This document shows, one piece after another, positions 22,774-48,475 of a stretch of DNA of 64,000 nt. This stretch comes from Macrostomum lignano. Lineage: Eukaryota. The notes under the pieces were generated by a model. The model searched no databases and was not told the origin of the DNA. It was given only the letters and a program-made list of their open reading frames with translations. The DNA lies in the NCBI GenBank assembly GCA_002269645.1, contig NIVC01000037.1, positions 1,335,121 through 1,399,120 on the forward strand, given 5' to 3'. Numbering within the stretch: position 1 is the stretch's first letter; every line of letters starts with the position of its first letter. A program made the position numbers and the translations under genes.

Positions 22774-25700
22774 ATGCGGCCGCTTCTGCTGCCGCTGCTA
22801 CTATCGCTACTGCTGCTGCCTGTCCGGCCGACTGACGCCGCCGCCACACCGGCCACCTGTCAGTCCGTGTCGGCCGTTTACGCAGCCAAGAATCTGGACG
22901 TACTGCAGGTGCGATACCAGGCCTCGGGCAGTCACCTGGCCGTCTGTCCGGCCCGGCCGGGTCCCTCCTGTTGCAGTCGGGAGATGGAAACTGCTCTAGA
23001 GAATCGGGCCAAGACTGACATGTACCAGGATCTGTACCAGCATCTGGTGCCTCAGAGCACCTCGTTGGCCTCTCTGCTGACTAGCTTTCAGTCTCTGGCC
23101 CTACAGATGGTTAACAATTCCTACACGAGACTGGACACAAGTTTCAAGAGCATCTACGGCTACTCTTATATTGAGAATAAGCAGCCGTTTCTGCAATTCT
23201 TCGAAGGCTTGCGAGCCTACTTGTCCGGCGGACCGGATACTGTGGCCGGAGTTGCCAAGGCCCTGTTCGAAAGCATCTCCTCTCGGGTGTACGTACTAGT
23301 CATGACCAACTATGACATTGATGAGGCCTATCTGACCTGCGTCCGCAGCCGCCTGGACCAGCTAAAGCCTTTAGGCAACATGCCCGAGCGTATTAGCCAA
23401 GAACTTATCCGGGCATTCGTGCCCGCTCGCCGATTCCTGGCCGGGTTGGCCGCGCTGCAGGACGCCGTTCAGATGTCCCCGGCCACTCCGCTGCCCGCTC
23501 AGTGCCAGAAATCGCAGTTGCGCTCTCGATATTGCGCCTGGTGCGACGGGATTACAAATCTGCAGCCGTGCTTTGAGCTGTGCTCAGCCTCTATGGCCGA
23601 CTGTCTCACCCAGTTGGACTCGCTGGCCGAACCATTCGACCAGCTTTTGGACGAGTTGGTCAAGCTGTCCAATAAGATCCGGGGTCCAAATAACCTCTAC
23701 CAGGTAATGGGTTGCTGTAGGCTATCTAGACTTACGGTTCTGCAACGGGGTGTTGTATTGAGTCAATTGTATTGAGTTTCTATGGTGTATTAAGATTCTG
23801 GATTGTCAAGATTCTAGGGTGTGAAGATTCTTGGGTGTGAAGATTCTTGGTTGTGAAGATTCTGGGTTGTGAAGATTCTTGGGTGTGAAGATTCTGGGTT
23901 GTAAAGATTCTTGGGTGTGAAGATTCTAGGTTATGAAGATTCTGGGTTGTGAGGATTCTAGGTTGTGAAGATTCTTGGGTGTGAAGATTCTTGGGTGTGA
24001 ATATTCTGGGTTGTGAAGATTCTGGGTTATGAAGATTCTTTGGCGTGAAGATTCTGGGGTTGTGAAGATTCTGAGTTAGGAAGATTGTAGGTTGTGAAGA
24101 TTCTGAGTTAGAAAGATTGTAGGTTGTGATGATTCTGGGTTGTGAAGATTCAAGATTGTGAAGATCCTGGGTTGTGAAGATTCTGGGTTGTGAGGATTCT
24201 AGGTTGTGAAGATTCTGGGTTGTGAAGATTCTAGGCTGTGAAGATTCTGGGTTCTGAAGTTTCTTAGGTGTGAAGATTCTGGGTTGTGAAGACCTTGGGG
24301 TGTGAAGATTCTGAGTTAGGAAGATTGTAGGTCGTGAAGATTGTGGGTTGTAAAGATTCTTAGTTGTGGAGGAGATTCAGGGTGTGAAAATTCTGGGGTG
24401 TAAAAAATATAATGTAAAGATTGCGGAGGTTTCAGCCGCTTATTTATATAAGCTTCGCGGACACAGTCGTCAACTTTAAAATTTGATTATTTTTTGTCCA
24501 AAAACCAACGCGCAGGTGCTGGAAAACCTGGGCCTGCGCATCAGCGCCGGCATCATGGACATGCAGGAGCGCAAGGACCACATCCAGACTGAGGTGGCCA
24601 AACTGTGCGGCCCGCCCAAGCTTAAAGCCAATGGCTCGCCTTCCATCGTGCCGCCGCCGCTGCCTCGGCCCGGCCGAGGTCGCCGACGTCGCCGCCGCGC
24701 CTCCATGTTCGGCTGGAACTACCGCAACAGCGATGATGCGCCAGGGCCCAGCAGCCAAGCCCAGGAGCGGCTGGACGAGCTGGCCCTCACCGCTAAGCGA
24801 AGCCTGCCCGCCAGCCGGAGCCTGTTCAGGCCCAGCAGCCTGGCCAAGCGCTTTTGCAAGGCCGACCCGGCCCCGCCTGGACGCTGCTGGAACGGCACCG
24901 ACTCCGCCGCTGGCTACACGGCGCCAGCGTCGACGGTAGCGTCGCCAGTAGAGCCGCCTACACTGGCCGTGTCTCAGCGGGTGGCCAATCTGCGCGCCGC
25001 TCACCGGCTTCTAGCCGAGCTGCCTAAAAGCGAAAGCTTTGCCGGCTTCGTCGAGCAGCCGCTGGATCCAACGCTTAGGGGCCTGCTTAATAAACGCGCC
25101 AGAGTGGCGTCTAGCATTGGCAGTTCCGGCCCCAGCCTGACAGACGCTTTGCCTATCGGCGCCGCTACTGGTGGCGCCGGCCTCGGTTCCGGCAGCGGCG
25201 CCGCTCCTCCGCCCGTGCCGGTGGCCCCTCGGCCTCGCCCACCCGCCGGCGGATTTCCGCGCCGGCTTTCAACTCTGCCTCCGCTGACCCGGCCGCCGCC
25301 TGCTGGCGTAGTTGATTCTTGGCGTCCGTTGCCGCCAATTCGGCCGCGCCCAGACACGGCCGGGTCCGGCGATGCCGCCGGTCCGCCGCCAAGGCCAGGG
25401 GTCTGGGTACCCCCGCCTGCAGCCACCCGGGAGCCACCGGCGCCGCCTGCAACCCGCTGGCCACCGCTGCCGCCTGCGACCCGCTGGCCACCGCTGCCGC
25501 CTGCGACCCGTTGGCCACCGCTGCCGCCTGCGACCCGTTGGCCACCGCTGCCGCCCCCGCAGCCGCCCGTTGTTGACGGAAGCTCCACAGTTGCTCCGCT
25601 GCCTTGGCGGCCGCCACCCGTTAACCCAGGCCTCGGCTCCGGCGACGAAGAGCGGCCGCCACCCCGTCCGGGGATGTTCGTCCCGGCTCTGCCCACCGCC

Positions 25701-26270
25701 AGCTCTTCCTCTTCATCCACATCCGGCCCACTCGTGCCCGGCGGCGTCTCTTCGGGCGACGGCGAGCCAACCGGGCCTCCGCCGCCGCCTCGGCCGGTTC
25801 CGTCCGGCTGGCCGTGGCCGCCTATCGTCGACGTCGGCGGCGGCGAGACCTCCGGCGACGGTGAATTGCCGCCCCCAGTGGCGCCGCCTCAGCCACCGTC
25901 ACCGCCAACCGAGTCCTGGTGGACGCCCCGGCCGCCGGTACAGCCGCAGCCGCCCCGGAAGCCGGCCACCCGCTGGCCGCCGCAGCCGCCCCGCCAGCCG
26001 CCCCGCCAGCCGCCCACCCGCTGGCCGCCGGTCATCCCCGGCCCGCCGCCCGGCGGTGACCTGTGGCTGCCCAAAGAGCCGGACGATCAAGGCGGAGCGG
26101 AGCGCGGCCGCGGCGAAGGCTCCATCCACGGCCCGATGAAGATGACCAGCGCCAAGCGGGCCTGCCCGCCAGGCTCCCCGGCCTGTCCGGCCTGCCGCCC
26201 GCTGGCCGCCTCGGCCGGGACTCTCCTGCTGCTGGCCGGTCTGCAGCGGCTGCTTATGCTGCTGCGCTGA
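22774..26270 (+). CDS. Glypican (GPI-anchored heparan sulfate proteoglycan), 2 exons, ~894 aa
   Basis: Exon 1 22774-23703 (CAG|GTAATG), exon 2 24516-26270 (CGCAG|GTG), phase 0. Signal peptide MRPLLLPLLLSLLLL; 14 Cys in glypican spacing (TC, VC, SCCSREME, TCV, QC, YCAWC, PCFELC..DC, LCG, FC, RCWNG); ISAGIMDMQE motif; Ser-Gly sites; hydrophobic C-terminus. Confidence 0.93.
23790..24400. repeat. 16-17-bp minisatellite (GTGAAGATTCTGGGTT) in glypican intron
   Basis: Direct reading. Confidence 0.92.
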
Positions 26271-27222
26271 TTTAGCATCGCATTACTCGAAGCCCCGCTG
26301 TGTCTCTCTCTGCCTACTCAAATCTCTCTAATTCTCTCTCGCAGTAATTTCGCTAACTCTCATTCCCTATTCGCTTAGCTGTTCGTCTTTTCAAAGTAGG
26401 CCTCACCGTCACCCCCTACTCCTCAAATCACTTTTGCATTATTGTGTCTTTGTTTTGGTGAGAATGAGCCTGTCTCTCTCTGTCGCTACCTCATCTGCAT
26501 CGGATCTAGCTCTGATCCTTTTCATTTTGTTAATTGCTTATTGTTGTTATTATTATTATTATTGTTAAAAAATACCTTCAAAAAGATTGCAATCTCCCTC
26601 TTCCCCTTCGTTCCCTGCTGCTGCAACTCTTTATACAACACCCTCTCTATCTGTCTGCCTTCATCATGTAACTGACACCGAGAGACATCAGATTTAGGGA
26701 CAGAAAGGATACAACAATTAATAAATAGCGATTAAATTTTCTAGCTGCTGAAGACAGAAGGTTGGCATAAATTTACTTTTTCAATTAAATCCTTCTGTCT
26801 TGTTGCTATAATCTGATCATGCTTGTACAGTACTGCAGACTACCATTCTCGCACGCTTTTTTACTATAATTATTTGTTGTTTTTTTCACTCTAGTAGTTC
26901 ATAGCTAGCTGCAAAGTAGTAACCGGCCTGTCTGTTTGATATTGTGTGTTTTGTTTGTTATATTTGTATTTTTCTATTAAATTATTGTATTAATACGTAA
27001 ACAACGACAACAAGAACAAACAGATAAATGCCTAAGTGCAATATTTGTCTGGCTCTCAGCGTAGTTCCTCGTGTATAATTTCACTTTTTCGTCTTTTTTG
27101 TTACTGTCCCATCCCTTTCTTCTCCTTCTCCTCCTAGGTCTCGCAGAGTTTTGAATAACTTACAAAATTTGTTGCATTTGCATTAGTTGATTCAACCTAT
27201 TGGTCCTGTCTCCCCGTTGTCA

Positions 27223-27563
27223 CCCCCATGGTCCTTCAGCGGGAGCCGCTGCCTCCCCCCCCCATGGTCCTTCAGCGGGAGCCGCTGTCTCCCCCCATGG
27301 TCCTTCAGCGGGAGCCGCTGCCTCCCCCCCATGGTCCTTCAGCGGGAGCCGCTGTCTCCCCCCATGGTCCTTCAGCGGTAGCCGCTGTCTCCCCCCATGG
27401 TCCTTCAGCGGTAGCCGCTGTCACCCCCATGGTCCTTCAGCGGGAGCCGCTGTCTCCCCCCATGGTCCTTCAGCGGGAGCCGCTGCCTCCCCCCCATGGT
27501 CCTTCAGCGGGAGTCGCTGTCTCCCCCCAATGGTCCTTCAGCTGCAGCCGCTGTCTCCCCCCG
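27223..27563. repeat. 31-33-bp minisatellite with hairpin CAGCGG-GAG-CCGCTG
   Basis: Unit CCCCATGGTCCTTCAGCGGGAGCCGCTGTCTC, ~10 copies. Confidence 0.93.
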
Positions 27564-28085
27564 GTCAGTCACAATTCTTTTCCATTTGGCCTTGTTGTGA
27601 CCTCCCAACAGAATTCCTGTATGCATTGGATAGGGCAAGGACAGTCTTTATACAGACTATTTGGACTCAGACATGAATCGCTGTAGTCATTGGCGAAAGT
27701 ATACGATTCGTTTTCGAACAGAGCACTCGCTGATGTAAGAAGTCTGCACGCGAATAAACGAGCTTGAATGAGCAATTAAGTTGAGCAGAATAGGTATGCC
27801 ATAAAATATTAAATGCAGACAGAATTGCCTATAATGTGGTAGGGTTGGCTTATTTAGCTCGTGAGCTTTAGAAAGAATGTGTGCAAACTCTTGTTGATGG
27901 CACTGGCCATTCTTTGCTGCTTTTGTGGACAGGGGCTCTTAATGACTGTTAAAAGGTTTTAGTCTTTTTTTCTTGTGTCTTCTGCAAGTTTTACAGCGTC
28001 TGCAATAGTTTCTCTTAAATTTGAATCTCTGCTGGCATTCCCTTCATAATAAATTCCATCGTAGTTTATCCAATGTAGCTTACGA

Positions 28086-28432
28086 GTAGGTAGAGTAGGG
28101 ACTGCCCCTGAAGAGTCTGAGGTAGAGTAGGGACTGCCCCTGAAGAGTCTGAGGTAGAGTAGGGACTGCCCCTGAAGAGTCGGAGGTAGAGTAGGGGCTG
28201 TCCCTGAAGAGTCGGAGGTAGAGTAGCGGCTGCCCCTGAAGAGTCGGAGGTAGAGTAGCGGCTGTCCCTGAAGAGTCGGAGGTAGAGTAGCGGCTGTCCC
28301 TGAAGAGTCGGAGGTAGAGTAGCGGCTGTCCCTGAAGAGTCGGAGGTAGAGTAGCGGCTGTCCCTGAAGAGTCGGAGGTAGAGTAGCGGCTGTCCCTGAA
28401 GAGTCGGAGGTAGAGTAGCGGCTGTCCCTGAA
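28086..28432. repeat. 32-bp minisatellite (GTAGAGTAGCGGCTGTCCCTGAAGAGTCGGAG), ~11 copies
   Basis: Direct reading. Confidence 0.93.
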
Positions 28433-29451
28433 AGGCACAGAGGTTCCATTGATTTTGCTGAAAGCAACACGGAAATTCAAGCTCAGTAAGGCTTAGGGAG
28501 AAGAGAAGAAAGTGTTTCATTGCTGTAGGGATTTTCTGTGATGCCTCTGCTTTGTCGATCGCTTGCTAATTATTTATTGCACTGTCGAGTTTTTTCTTCG
28601 AGTTGTTTTTGTTTTAATTTTACAACGTGCTCGTCTTTTTAAACTGCTGCTTTAACTGATTCTTTGAAACGAAGCTTAGTTTGTACTATTATAAATAACT
28701 GAGTTCCTTACAACGCGGGGTTTTCGAATATCATTCGAATCTAGGTCTGTTTTTAACTGTTTGTTTAAACACGTTTTTTGAATTGAGCATATTTGACTGC
28801 AGAACAATGGGTCCGATAACTTATGAAATTTTATGGCTGCTTTTTCACAAGTATTTTTACAATACTTTCCTCAGCTCTCTTTTACTAACTTTATATTATA
28901 TGCGTACTTCTTGCTAAATCGCACCTTAATTCTATACTGATTATTAATAAAAATAATTGCTAATCTTTAGTCTTCGAAGCGACTTCATTGTGCGACTTAC
29001 AATATTGAATTATGTAGGCTACAGTTGATATTGCTGCCTTTTAGTTTCTTTTTATCACCTTGTTTTGCACAGGTTTTTCTGTTTTTACTATCGATATGAT
29101 TAGTAATCATGTGCTTTTTGCTATTCTATCTAGCAACGAAGGGTCACTGCGTATATTATTATTAAAATCTAGCGTATCTTGCTTTGTTTTATTACAAAAC
29201 AACTTTTTTTAAACATTTTTCAAACTTGCAAACACGAGCAAACAAAACAATGAACCTGCAGCGCTTCGTCTGTAGTGCTTCAAAATAGTAATTCACATGC
29301 GGTCAAGCTATATTTTGTTGTTTTATAAACGCCTATTAACTACAAATATATTATTACTATTATTATGCATATACCGTCATCCGTTGCGAACAAATATGAA
29401 AAAATAAGCACTTTGTTATTACTGATAATTGTTTTCCTTTTAAGAAGAGCC

Positions 29452-29915
29452 CATAAGGACTGATAAAGAGCGGATAAGAACTGATAAGGAGCCGATAGGA
29501 ACTGATAAGGAGCCGATAAGAACTGATAAGGAGCCGATAAGAACTGATAAGTAGCCGGTAAGAACTGATAAAGAGCCGATAAGAACTGATAAAGAGCCGA
29601 TAAGAACTGATAAGGAGCCGGTAAGAACTGATAAGGAGCCGATAAGAACTGATAAGGAGCCGGTAAGAACTGATAAGGAGCCGATAAGAACTGATAAGGA
29701 GCCGGTAAGAACTGATAAGGAGCCGATAAGAACTGATAAGGAGCCGGTAAGAACTGATAAGGAGCCGATAAGAACTGATTAAGAGCCGATAAGGAGCCGG
29801 TAAGAACTGATAAGGAGCCGATAAGAACTGATTAAGAGCCGATAAGGAGCCGGTAAGAACTGATAAGGAGCCGATAAGAACTGATTAAGAGCCGATAAGG
29901 AGCCGGTAAGAACTC
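29452..29915. repeat. 21-bp minisatellite (GAGCCGATAAGAACTGATAAG)
   Basis: Direct reading. Confidence 0.93.
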
Positions 29916-30545
29916 AAAGGATAGTACGCTCGTAGCTTCGCTATGAAAGCCAATCGATAGGCTTTCTTAGGCTGGGGTTCTTGCTTGGCGAATTCCTGCC
30001 AAAATGGCATGCACGCACTACTCGTATAAACTGCGTGGTACGAGTGTATATGCTGGTTAAGTCTCCCAGAGAGGCAACAAGAATCGGAAAGAAGTTTCTT
30101 TTCACAGCAGTATCGTCAGTTGATCCGCCTAGAGATACTTGTGCGGCCGGCTTAGCCGTTATTGCATTGGGGGGATAAGTGCAGCCGTGTTGCATGGTAA
30201 TGGCATTTCTCTTCAGTGCAGACTGGTCGCGCATTCCTGATACTCTCTATCCGGCTGGATTCTCTCCCCCCAATTCCTCTGATCCTCCAGTCTCCCTCCA
30301 CAGGAATCTGCATCTGCACTCAAGGCACGCCAGTTTCCTCTCCTTATTAATTCTTGAATTCTTTCCTCGCAGCTCCTTGGGATTGGAACAAGCCCAAGAC
30401 AAGCAAAGGCGGGCCGGTATTCGTGGCAAACTTGGCAACCATTTTTTTGGCGCTCTAAGCCTCTAAAACATCATTGGTGTTCATTTTGGCGAAATGTCTT
30501 CAAGTCCTAAATGCGTTCCTGCGATTCGGATATCCTATTCGGCTT

Positions 30546-31012
30546 TCCTGACACCCATATCAGCCCTACTGACACCCATGTCATCCCCACTGACACCCAT
30601 GTCATCCCCACTGACACCCATGTCAGCCCTACTGACACCCATATCAGCCCTACTGACACCCATATCAGCCCCACTGACACCCATGTCAGCCCTACTGACA
30701 CCCATGTCAACCCTACTGACACCCACGTCATCCCTACTGACACCCACGTCATCCCTACTGACACCCATGTCAGCCCCACTGACACCCATGTCAACCCTAC
30801 TGACACCCACGTCATCCCTACTGACACCCACGTCATCCCTACTGACACCCACGTCATCCCTACTGACACCCACGTCATCCCTACTGACACCCATGTCAGC
30901 CCCACTGACACCCATGTCAACCCTACTGACACCCACGTCATCCCTACTGACACCCACGTCATCCCTACTGACACCCATGTCAGCCCTACTGACACCCATG
31001 TCATCCCTACTG
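30546..31012. repeat. 21-bp minisatellite (CCCTACTGACACCCATGTCAG)
   Basis: Direct reading; source of the PTDTHV ORFs. Confidence 0.93.
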
Positions 31013-31464
31013 TAAAGGGTTTGGCGTTCCTGATTTATTATTTAGGCGCGGCTTTCATTTTTACATTTTTGTTTTACATGAGTTTTCACATTGCAGTGCA
31101 GCAATAGATTAATGCCTGAGGATGGAGTCCAAAGAATCGACAATTTATTTATCGAAATTCTTCAAATAGGAACCATTCGGCGATTGATACGAGTGTAAAC
31201 GCTTATTTATTTCCAATATTTCCAATTCCACTCTTATAGAGACTGGGTCTCCCATATCTTTATCGACGGCTATACAATTGCTACGAGTATTGGAATTTGA
31301 TTTTCGCAGCTCAGCCTCATTCACTCGAAGATTTTCCCCATGGTTTTCATCTGTCCAACGAGGGTTGATAAGGATAGTGCAGCAGACACAATATTGCGTT
31401 TAGCCTCCTCTTCAATATGAGTAGAAAAACCCTTAAACTTCAGTGGAATACTGCCCTTTTATCA

Positions 31465-32235
31465 ATCAGCGGGTGTTGATTCCCCTCTCCTTGTACACCA
31501 GCGGGTGCTGCTTCCCCTCTCCTTGTGCACCAGCGGTGCTGCTTCCCCTCTGCATTGTACACCAGCGGGTGCTGATTCCCCTCTCCTTGTACACCAGCGG
31601 GTGCTGCTTCCCCTCTCCTTGTGCACCAGCGGGTGCTGCTTCCCCTCTCCTTGTACACCAGCGGGTGTTGATTCCCCTCTGCATTGTACACCAGCGGGTG
31701 TTGATTCCCTCTGCATTGTACACCAGCGGGTGCTGATTCCCCTCTGCTTTGTACACCAGTGGGTGCTGATTCTCCTCTGCATTGTACACCAGCGGGTGCT
31801 GCTTCCCCTCTCCTTGTGCACCAGCGGGTGCTGCTTCCCCTCTGCATTGTACACCAGCGGGTGTTGATTCCCCTCTGCATTGTACACCAGCGGGTGCTGA
31901 TTCCCCTCTGCATTGTACACCAGCGGGTGTTGATTCCCCTCTGCATTGTACACCAGCGGGTGCTGATTCTCCTCTGCATTGTACACTAGCGGGTGCTGCT
32001 TCCCCTCTCCTTGTACACCAGCGGGTGCTGATTCCTCTCTGCATTGTACACCAGCGGGTGCTGATTCTCCTCTGCATTGTACACCAGCGGGTGCTGATTC
32101 CTCTCTGCATTGTACACAAGCGGGTGCTGATTTCCCTCTGCATTGTACACCAGCGGGTGCTGATTCCTCTCTGCATTGTACACCAGCGGGTGCTGATTCC
32201 TCTCTGCATTGTACACTAGCGGGTGCTGATTCCCC
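31465..32235. repeat. ~32-bp minisatellite (CACCAGCGGGTGCTGATTCCCCTCTGCATTGTA)
   Basis: Direct reading. Confidence 0.93.
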
Positions 32236-32809
32236 TCTTATGGCAGCTATAAAGAAAGGCCGCCTACGAATAGCAGATCATTTGAAATATAGGAGCGTAT
32301 TTTACCAGGCAATAAGACGGCCATTGGAATTCACCGTTGGGATCGTTAAGGTTTACAACCTTGGCCGCTAAAAATTGACGCAAGCGTAAACTGTCTCCCT
32401 AGACGGCCCGCAGAATGTGCAATGAATTCGTTCAATAATAACGTTGCCGTAGTCTTTCGAAGCGAAGTAGACCTCTGAAGATTTGCATTTGTAATGAGAC
32501 ACATCTGGATGCCTAAGCTTAAGCTGCATACTTGAAAGTTATTGGCTTTTTAGCTGTTGCCCTGTTTTGCCACGGCTTTGAACTTTATCGAAGTTTGCTA
32601 AGAATTCCTTAATCCAGCATTATACAGATAATAAGAGCTTACCCTGCCATTACTGCCATCGCATCAACAACTCTTGGCGTGTATGAAGCGGTAAGACTGG
32701 GTACGGACTATAATGGCAAATAAATTGGACCTAGTCCGTGTGTTTACCGCAAAACATGTCATGCATGCTACTGTATATCAGTAGAGCAATAAGTCTTTGG
32801 GGGTCCTAT

Positions 32810-33085
32810 TTCATTTTTGAGCGGCGCCATTTCATTTGAGTGGGCGCCATTTCATTTGAGTGGGCGCCATTTCATTTGAGTGGGCGCCATTGCATTTGAG
32901 TAGGCGCCATTTCGTTTGAGTAGGCGCCATTTAATTTGAGTGGGCGCCATTGCATTTGAGTAGGCGCCATTTCATTTGAGTAGGCGCCATTTCATTTGAG
33001 CGGGCGCCATTTCATTCGAGTGGGCGCCATTTCATTTGAGTGGGCCCGCCGTTTCATTTGAGTGGGCGCCAGTTCATTTGAGTAT
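32810..33085. repeat. 20-bp minisatellite (GGGCGCCATTTCATTTGAGT)
   Basis: Direct reading. Confidence 0.9.
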
Positions 33086-33424
33086 ATTGGAGTGTAGTGA
33101 AGGGAGATAGTTTTAAGTCTCAATCCCACGATCAGGTATTTGGTCACCCTCCCCTCTCCACTCTATCCTACTACCCTCTTTCTCACCCCCTCACACTGTA
33201 GTGTATTGTAGTTGTTCAAATATCAAAGATCAACACAGTGCTGACTACTAAAGTTTATATCTTGAGTTTAGGTCTGGTTCAGCTCTTCCGATCCTTTTCA
33301 AATAGCTTGTACTAGTAAGATTGAAGTTAATCAGCTCTCCTGTGCCATTATTACAAAAATGATTTGACAGTGACGTCTAATCTTTCCCTTCTCCAACTCT
33401 CATCCTCTCTTTCCCAACCTTTTT

Positions 33425-34362
33425 AACACACACTTTACCACCCTTTTACCACCCTATTTACCACACTCTATCTACCACACTCTTTCCCACCCTTTTTACT
33501 GCAATCTTTATCGAACTCTTTACCACACTCTTTACTACACTTTATCACACTCTTTGTCACACTCTTTACCACACTCTTTACTACACTTTATCACACTCTT
33601 TGTCACACTCTTTACCACACTCTTTATTACCCTCTTTACCACACTCTTTACCACACTTCATCACCCTCTTTGTCACCAGTGGCGGATCCTGGGGGGGGGC
33701 AAGGGGGCCATGGCCCCCCTCAGCTGCCTCGAAAAAAATTCTGCTCTTGGCCTTTGGCCCCCTTCTAAGTAAAGAAAGGGCTTGGGCCTTGGGGTGGGTT
33801 CCTACTCGGGGCAGTATGAAAAAATTTGGCCCCCCCCTCAAGAAATTCCCGGATCCGCGCCTGTTTGTCACACTCTTTATCACCCTCTTTACCACACTCT
33901 TTATCACCCTCTTTACCACACTTTTTACCACACTCTTTACCACACTCTTTATCACCCTCTTTACCACACTCTTTAATCACCCTCTTTACCACACTCTTTA
34001 TCACCTTCTTTACCACACTCTTTATCACACTCTTTACCACACTCTTTATCACCCTCTTTACCACACTCTTTACCACACTCTTTATCACCCTCTTTACCAC
34101 ACTCTTTACCACCCTCTTTACCACACTCTTTACCACACTATTTACCACACTCTTTATCACCCTCTTTACCACACTCTTTACCACACTCTTTACCACACTC
34201 TTTACCACCCTCTTTACCACACTCTTTACCACACTCTTTATCACACTCTTTACCACACTCTTTACCACACTCTTTACCACACTCTTTACCACACTCTTTA
34301 CCACACTCTTTACCACACTCTTTACCACACTCTTTACCACACTCTTTACCACACTCTTTCCC
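33425..34362. repeat. 12-bp satellite (ACCACACTCTTT) interrupted by a MITE
   Basis: Direct reading. Confidence 0.93.
33677..33863. mobile_element. 187-bp hAT-type MITE
   Basis: Termini CAGTGGCGGATC...GATCCGCGCCTG (inverted), poly-G/poly-C subterminals, perfect 8-bp TSD TTTGTCAC at 33669-33676 and 33864-33871. Confidence 0.9.
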
Positions 34363-34930
34363 ACCCTTTCTCTTTCTCACACTCTTTCTCATTTTTTGCC
34401 ATCCTCTGTTTCCCACCATCTCCTCAGCCTCTCTCCCACCTTTTTTCTGTCGCCCTTGGTTCCTATTTTCACTTCTTGGCCAATTGTCGCTAGCCTGCAA
34501 TGTACATGTACGAGGGCAATATTAATTTTTAATCTAGTTTCTCTTTGTACTACTTCGATGTCTTTCGGTTTCCATCCATTCACCGCAATGAAAGCTAAAC
34601 AATAAAAATCTCATACGCTAAATTTTGTCTCTATATTTCACAAGATTGCTCAGCAATGAACTCCCTCCATGGCGAGTCAAGGGCCGCTCTCGTGAGCCTG
34701 CTGCAGGTCGGGCAACCCCCTTTTGTTAGACTGAATTGTTCTCAGCGTTGTAACTCGTACACCAGCCAGCAGAGACTTTAAACAAACCTGTAGCTTTAGT
34801 CTCTGCAGCCACCCCTGCGCTCTCTTCTCACACCCGAGACTGCATAGTTATAACAGATTGTTTAATTTTCGGAGAAATCAACTTCAAATAATGAAATCTT
34901 TTGACAACTGAAAACCGTTTACCGGATCTG

Positions 34931-34940
34931 ATGACGTCAT
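34931..34940. promoter_or_regulatory. Perfect CRE palindrome ATGACGTCAT upstream of the first SLC6 gene
   Basis: ~330 bp upstream of ATG 35270; a candidate 5'UTR intron 35105-35214 (GTAAGC...ACTGCAG) follows. Confidence 0.4.
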
Positions 34941-35269
34941 TGACGAGAAAGAAATGATTTCGTAGGAAATTATAGTAGGACTTTTTTACCAGTTTCCAAT
35001 CCAGATCTCTGTTAGCCTCTATTAGTAGTCCATAAATAATTCGCGCGTGCGCCAGGCTCGGAGACGAGAGATAGGACGGGGCGGTCCCCAGCTGCAGAAT
35101 ACAAGTAAGCTTACGGAGAGAGGCAAAGTTAGACAGAATGAGAACGCTGGGGTCGGACGGGACCCCCCTCTTGGCCAGTTTATTGCTTAAAATTATTACT
35201 TTTTACTACTGCAGACGATAATGGAACTCCGCTTGAAGAAGTTCATTAAAGATTGAAAATTTATTTAAA

Positions 35270-47984
<12,715 letters not shown>

Positions 47985-48475
47985 GCTGTCATGGATATGA
48001 AAGTGTCCGAGTGCTTTTTGGGGAATGAGACGGCTTCCCATTGTCGTTTTGGGGAATGAGACGGCTTCCCAGTGTCGTTTTGGGGAATGAGAAGGGACCC
48101 CGAGTGTTTATCGGTGATAAGATCTAAACGCGTTTTGTAGAATAACATTTTATTTTTAAAGAGCTGTTTGTTACAAAGGCTGAGAAGAAATTAGGGAGCA
48201 TGCTTACGAAGCAAGTACCGCCTTGGGCATGGGAAAATCTCATCAATACAGCGCATGCAGCACTGCCCATTGCTGCCTCAAAGCAGTTTATCCGAAATCA
48301 ATGAAAACTCAATAGGGGCCTATTCAAAGCAGAAAAAGCAGTTCGATAGAAATTCATATAAATTTCTGCTATACCTGTAGAAGCACTGCTTTTTCTCATT
48401 CAAGATTTTTTCACAAACCTTCGATATTTTGATTACAAGATAGGGCAGGAGACGTTAAAGCAGCAAATTTGAGTA

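Noticed and set aside
24444-26278. Multiple minus-strand and alternative-frame ORFs
   Set aside because: GC-rich shadow frames of glypican exon 2.
27573-28075. DEG/ENaC-like segments (CPCP..C and RK.NLL)
   Set aside because: The order of the two segments is reversed relative to ENaC/ASIC and the frames are broken.
29940-30500. Short ORFs with Cys pairs on both strands
   Set aside because: Interrupted in all frames and no recognisable domain; possibly decayed transposon sequence.
32628-32720. Mitochondrial-carrier helix-6-like peptide (RAYPA...GVYEAV)
   Set aside because: Spacing between R and YE is four residues longer than the carrier pattern, and no other carrier repeats were found.
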